Source: Deltaproteobacteria bacterium
GTDB taxonomy: Bacteria > JAGRBM01 > JAHCIT01
Reading direction: 5' to 3'
Assembly: GCA_026129095.1 (NCBI GenBank)
Contig: JAHCIT010000012.1
Coordinates: forward strand, 52,210 to 72,209
DNA length: 20,000 nucleotides
The notes under the pieces: generated by a model
Seen by the model: only the letters and a program-made list of their open reading frames with translations
Database searches by the model: none
What the model was told of the DNA's origin: nothing
Shown here: positions 16,296 through 20,000 of the stretch, piece by piece
Position numbering within the stretch: the stretch's first letter is position 1
How the letters are laid out: every line of letters begins with the position of its first letter
Program-made: the position numbers and the translations under genes

Positions 16296-16736
16296 ATGAG
16301 CGCACATACCGGCTTCTGGACTTTCGCGTTTCTGAACATGATAGCCGCCTTCATCGTGGCGGCGGCCGGCGTGCTTAGCGTCCGCCGCCGGAACGTGGAA
16401 CTCCACCGGAAACTGATGCTGGTATCGGCCGCCCTGGTGGGGCTGTTTGTTGTTTCCTATGCCGGAAAGCTCGCCTTCCTTGGCCGGGAGGATCTCGGCG
16501 CGTGGCCGGACCTTTCGGTCGTGGTGCTCCGGGTGCATGAGGCGTTCGTTTTCACGTTTCTTGTGAGCGGCATCCGGGCCTACGTGCTCTCCCGGCGGGT
16601 TGCCGCCAGTCCGGACGTGAAACCGGCGCATCGTCTGGCGGGCCGGGTTTCGATGGCCAGCTTTGCCCTGGCACTGGTGACGGCGGCGATCGTCTACCGG
16701 TCAATCCTGTCCTACGGGAAGCTGGCGGTTCAGTAG
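16296..16736 (+). CDS. DUF420 family membrane protein (CtaM/YozB-like)
   Basis: ATG 16296; four TM helices with RRRNVELHRKLM, LFVVSY, LRVHE and HRLAGR. Confidence 0.75.
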   Translation: MSAHTGFWTFAFLNMIAAFIVAAAGVLSVRRRNVELHRKLMLVSAALVGLFVVSYAGKLAFLGREDLGAWPDLSVVVLRVHEAFVFTFLVSGIRAYVLSRRVAASPDVKPAHRLAGRVSMASFALALVTAAIVYRSILSYGKLAVQ

Positions 16737-16745
16737 AGCTACCGG

Positions 16746-17360
16746 TCAGGAAGCGGGGCGGAACAGCAGCTTGAGAAGTTCCCGCGCCAGTTCGATCTGG
16801 CGGACGATCACCTGGGTGTCGCCGACTGACCGGGCGACAACAAACGCGCCCTGGATCACGCAGAAGAGCTGGTCCGACAGTTCGGCCCCCGTCACCGGGC
16901 AGGCGGGCTGGTAGCGTGCGAGGATTCTGTCCATGCGCTCGGCGACGTACCGCCGGTGGTCCTGGACCCCGGTCGAGCAGGCGATGAGGACGCTTTCGTC
17001 GAACTGCTGGGCCTCGTAGCAGTAGGCCGCAAACAGGCAGCCGGTGGCCGCGCTGCCGCCGGGCCGGAACTCCTCCTGGAGGAGCTTGAGGTAGATGAGC
17101 ATCTGCTGGAGGGGATCGTCGGAGAGTTCCTCGGCGCGTCTGAACAGGCGGATCATGAACTGGAGTTCCACGTCCGAAAACCGCTGGATCAGGGCCTTGG
17201 CCAGATCCTGCTTGCTCTTGAAGTGATAGAAGAAACCGCCCTTGGTGAGACTGGTCGCCGCCAGCACATCGTCGATCGACATGGCGGTAAACCCCTTCTG
17301 AAGGACAAGGGTGGTTGAGGCGTCGAGGATGCGGTCGCGTGTATCCGGTTTTTCCAGCAT
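16746..17360 (-). CDS. TetR family regulator (NemR/LmrA-like)
   Basis: ATG 17360 with GGAG SD; TRDRILDA...GFTAMSIDDVLAATSLTKGGFFYHFKSK; C-terminal GCLF and IQGAFV. Confidence 0.92.
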   Translation of the reverse strand: MLEKPDTRDRILDASTTLVLQKGFTAMSIDDVLAATSLTKGGFFYHFKSKQDLAKALIQRFSDVELQFMIRLFRRAEELSDDPLQQMLIYLKLLQEEFRPGGSAATGCLFAAYCYEAQQFDESVLIACSTGVQDHRRYVAERMDRILARYQPACPVTGAELSDQLFCVIQGAFVVARSVGDTQVIVRQIELARELLKLLFRPAS

Positions 17361-17382
17361 GTGATCTCCAAACCTGTCTATG

Positions 17383-17410
17383 AATATACCAACTAGTTGG
17401 TATATGTCAA
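17383..17410 (-). promoter_or_regulatory. tetR promoter overlapped by a 22-bp perfect operator
   Basis: Minus strand TTGACA (17410-17405), 16 bp, TATATT (17388-17383); palindrome ATATACCAACTAGTTGGTATAT at 17384-17405. Confidence 0.82.
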
Positions 17411-17505
17411 CCACATAAATATTTCAAAAGCAAAAGTTTGTATTTTCATAACTACCTGTTATTACTAATATATACTTTGAATATGTGCAGAGCATAAAAA
17501 TAGTG

Positions 17506-17558
17506 TTGACAAGGTAGTATTCTCGTCTATCCTGACTATACCAACCGGTTGGTATAGT
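17506..17558 (+). promoter_or_regulatory. Methyltransferase promoter followed by a 24-bp perfect operator
   Basis: TTGACA (17506-17511), 16 bp, TATCCT (17528-17533); palindrome ACTATACCAACCGGTTGGTATAGT at 17535-17558. Confidence 0.82.
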
Positions 17559-17588
17559 ATACCGGGAGCAAGGAGCAGGAACAACACC

Positions 17589-18698
17589 ATGCAGGCAGCG
17601 CAGATCATCGAAGAGGAAATCCAGTCGCCCAGCGAGGAGATCGCCGGGCGGCTGATCCAGGGCACCGCCGGTGCGCTGGAGATGTTCAGCATCTATCTGG
17701 GCGACCAGCTGGGTTACTACCGGTCATTGGCCGACGGACCGCTCACGTCGATGCAGCTGGCCGGTCGCACCAGCACGCAGGAGCGCTACGCACGCGAGTG
17801 GCTTGAGCAGCAGGCCATGTCGGGAATCCTCATTGTGGATGACGAGAAAGCCCCTGCCCACCGCCGCCGTTACCGGCTGGCGGACGGCGCACGGGAGGTT
17901 CTGGCCGACCCCGACAGCCGCGAATTTTTCGCGCCGGTAACACAGATGCTCGCCGGCATGGTCCGGCCGGTGCAGATGCTGGCCACGGCGTTCCGGAGCG
18001 GCGGCGGCGTTTCGCCCGACGATTACGGGCGCGACCTGCGCGAGGGACAGGCCCGGCTGAACCGGCTGGTGTATCTGAACGAACTCCCGCAGGTGTGGAT
18101 TCCGGCCGTCCCCGGCCTGCGGGCCCGGCTGACAGAAGCCCCGGCGGCCCGCATCGCGGACATCGGCTCCGGCTACGGCTGGTCCAGCATCGGCCTGGCG
18201 CGGGCATACCCGCTGGTCCATGTGGACGGTTTCGACCCGGACGCGCCATCGGTGGATGCGGCCCGCGCCGAGGCGTGGGTGGAAGACCTGCACCACCGGG
18301 TCCGGTTTCATGCCGTCGGCGCGGCCGAAGCCGGCGGCGATGGCGAATACGATCTGGTGATCGCCATCGACAGCGTTCACGCGGCAGCCGATCCGGTGGG
18401 CATGCTGATGGCCATGCGGCGGCTCGCCCGCCCGGATGGCGCGGTGCTGGTGGCGGCTTACCGGGTGGGGGAGCGTTTCTCCCCGTGGAACGGGACGCCC
18501 GACTGGTTCCGCTATGGCGAGAGCGTGTTTCACGGCCTCCCGTCGGCGATGACCGGCGTCCATTCGGCGGGAACCGGATCGGTGCTGCGTCCGGCAATGC
18601 TCCGCGACTATGCCGCCGAAGCCGGTTTTGGAAATGTGGATGCGCTCCCGGCGGGTAATGGCCGGTTCCAGGTTTACCGGCTTCACCTGCCGGCCTGA
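17589..18698 (+). CDS. Class I SAM-dependent methyltransferase with N-terminal wHTH (Rv2258c-like)
   Basis: LGDQLGYY, ERYAREWLEQQA, motif I IADIGSGYGWS, YDLV and C-terminal GTGSVLRP...AEAGF; SD AGGAG. Confidence 0.88.
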   Translation: MQAAQIIEEEIQSPSEEIAGRLIQGTAGALEMFSIYLGDQLGYYRSLADGPLTSMQLAGRTSTQERYAREWLEQQAMSGILIVDDEKAPAHRRRYRLADGAREVLADPDSREFFAPVTQMLAGMVRPVQMLATAFRSGGGVSPDDYGRDLREGQARLNRLVYLNELPQVWIPAVPGLRARLTEAPAARIADIGSGYGWSSIGLARAYPLVHVDGFDPDAPSVDAARAEAWVEDLHHRVRFHAVGAAEAGGDGEYDLVIAIDSVHAAADPVGMLMAMRRLARPDGAVLVAAYRVGERFSPWNGTPDWFRYGESVFHGLPSAMTGVHSAGTGSVLRPAMLRDYAAEAGFGNVDALPAGNGRFQVYRLHLPA

Positions 18699-18739
18699 GA
18701 CCCTGTTGTCTGGTGATGTGAGAGAGAGGCTGATGCGCC

Positions 18740-19675
18740 ATGTGCAAGCTGCTGATGATTCCGCATGTTCCCCAGGGGTATTCGCAGGCTGCGTGGGAGT
18801 TTGTCCGCGCCGCCCATGGCGTGCAGACGCAGGCCGATAGCGATGGCTACGGCTACGCGGCGCTCTCGCGTGGCGGGGGGCTGTTCGCCGAGCGGTGGTT
18901 TCCGGCCGCGCAGGCGTTCGGAGGCGGGTCCGCTTCCGTCCGGCTCGCGGAAAAAATCGCGGCCAGTTATGGCCCCGCCCTCGTTCCCGCCCCGGTATAC
19001 GAGCATATCGGGGATGGAGAGGGCCCCGGATCCGATATCGCCGCCATTCTGGTGCATGCACGGCGGGCCAACTGCGCCCGGTCGCTCCGGAACACGCACC
19101 CGTTCGTCTGCGGCACTGGCCCTTACCGCCAGGGGCCCGACGGCCGCACGTTCGGAACCACGGCAGCAATGATCCACAACGGCCGCATCGAGAACGACGC
19201 GAAACTGACCCGGATGTTCAGCTCCTGCGACTCGGAGGTGATCCTCCACCAGTACACCGGCGCGGCCGTCCACGAAATGCCGGAGCGGTTCCAGTCCGTC
19301 GCCAGCGTGCTGGAGGGCCACTACGCGCTCGGCTTCATCGCGAGGCAGGAAGCAGGCCGGTGGGTAGTGGACATCGTGCGGGACGACCGGGCGAAACTGG
19401 CCGCCGCCTGGATCGGGGAGATACACGCTGTCGTGTTCTGCACAACCGAGGATATCCTCGACGCCGCCGCCCGCGAGCTCGGCTGGCGCGCCCCGGACTA
19501 CTTCGCCGTGCGCGAGAACGTCCTCATCCGGCACGATCCCTTCACGGGGGAGGTGCTCGCCGTCGAGGGGTTCACACCCGCCGGGCGGCCACAGCCGGAA
19601 GCCACCGCTCCTGAAACGGATACCCGGCTGCATCCGTTGGAAGCCGACCGGACCGTTCAGGCCTCCGTGGTATAA
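18740..19675 (+). CDS. Class II glutamine amidotransferase-like (Ntn-hydrolase) protein
   Basis: N-terminal Cys2 (MCKL), DGYGYA, HARRA...NTHPF, HNGRIEN and CDSE; SD GAGG. Confidence 0.82.
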   Translation: MCKLLMIPHVPQGYSQAAWEFVRAAHGVQTQADSDGYGYAALSRGGGLFAERWFPAAQAFGGGSASVRLAEKIAASYGPALVPAPVYEHIGDGEGPGSDIAAILVHARRANCARSLRNTHPFVCGTGPYRQGPDGRTFGTTAAMIHNGRIENDAKLTRMFSSCDSEVILHQYTGAAVHEMPERFQSVASVLEGHYALGFIARQEAGRWVVDIVRDDRAKLAAAWIGEIHAVVFCTTEDILDAAARELGWRAPDYFAVRENVLIRHDPFTGEVLAVEGFTPAGRPQPEATAPETDTRLHPLEADRTVQASVV

Positions 19676-19820
19676 TGGGCAGCGGACAGGGGGCGTCGCA
19701 CTCCATTGAATGGACAGTCTTCAAACATCCTGAAGATTCCGCAAATTGATTCGATTTAAGGAAATCAGCGTCCCGGAAAACCGGCCGCCAGCCGGTTGCG
19801 CCCGGCCGGTGAACCGGGCC

Positions 19821-19973
19821 GCCGCCACGGCTCACCACGCTTCGCCACACCTCAACACGGGTCAGGCCGGTAGAAAGTGATGGATATCACACAAAAATAG
19901 CGAGTGAAAACAGTCAATTACAGCCACCACGCTTCACCACGGCTCACCACGCCTCGTTTGAGGTGAGGCGTGG
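19821..19973. repeat. Two tandem arrays of a 10-bp unit (approx. CTCACCACGS) flanking an AT-rich spacer, plus one inverted copy
   Basis: gccgccacgg/ctcaccacgc/ttcgccacac/ctcaacacgg at 19821-19860; gccaccacgc/ttcaccacgg/ctcaccacgc at 19923-19952; inverted gaggcgtgg at 19965-19973. Confidence 0.8.
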
Positions 19974-20000
19974 CCACTGGGCGGACCTAGCCCCTGGGAA

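Noticed and set aside
19821-19973. CRISPR array
   Set aside because: Units are 10 bp and directly tandem, with no unique spacers and no cas genes.

Overview
GC-rich bacterial chromosomal segment, plausibly a deltaproteobacterium-like organism (inferred from the AhbC-type radical SAM). The left third is the end of a cytochrome cd1 denitrification cluster: 3' end of nirJ, lipoprotein nirF, a lipoprotein monoheme cytochrome c, nirS and a YwiC-like membrane protein. On the opposite strand lie an AhbC-like radical SAM and a secreted protein resembling the animal C16orf89/DUF4735 family. A CRP/FNR-type palindrome with unusual half-sites (TATGA-N6-TCATA) sits at class II activator spacing upstream of nirS, ywiC and, degenerately, ahbC, suggesting one regulon. 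The rest is a mosaic: a B12-dependent radical SAM, a DUF445 protein with no canonical start codon, a PaaX-like regulator/fatty acid desaturase/NmrA-like unit whose last gene has an in-frame TAA, a TSUP transporter, TetR plus MpaB/Lcp-like oxygenase, DUF420, TetR plus methyltransferase with two perfect operators, and a stand-alone class II glutamine amidotransferase-like gene. The window ends in two 10-bp-period repeat arrays around an AT-rich spacer. No rRNA, tRNA, CRISPR or transposase was seen. All family calls are from motif recognition, not database searches.
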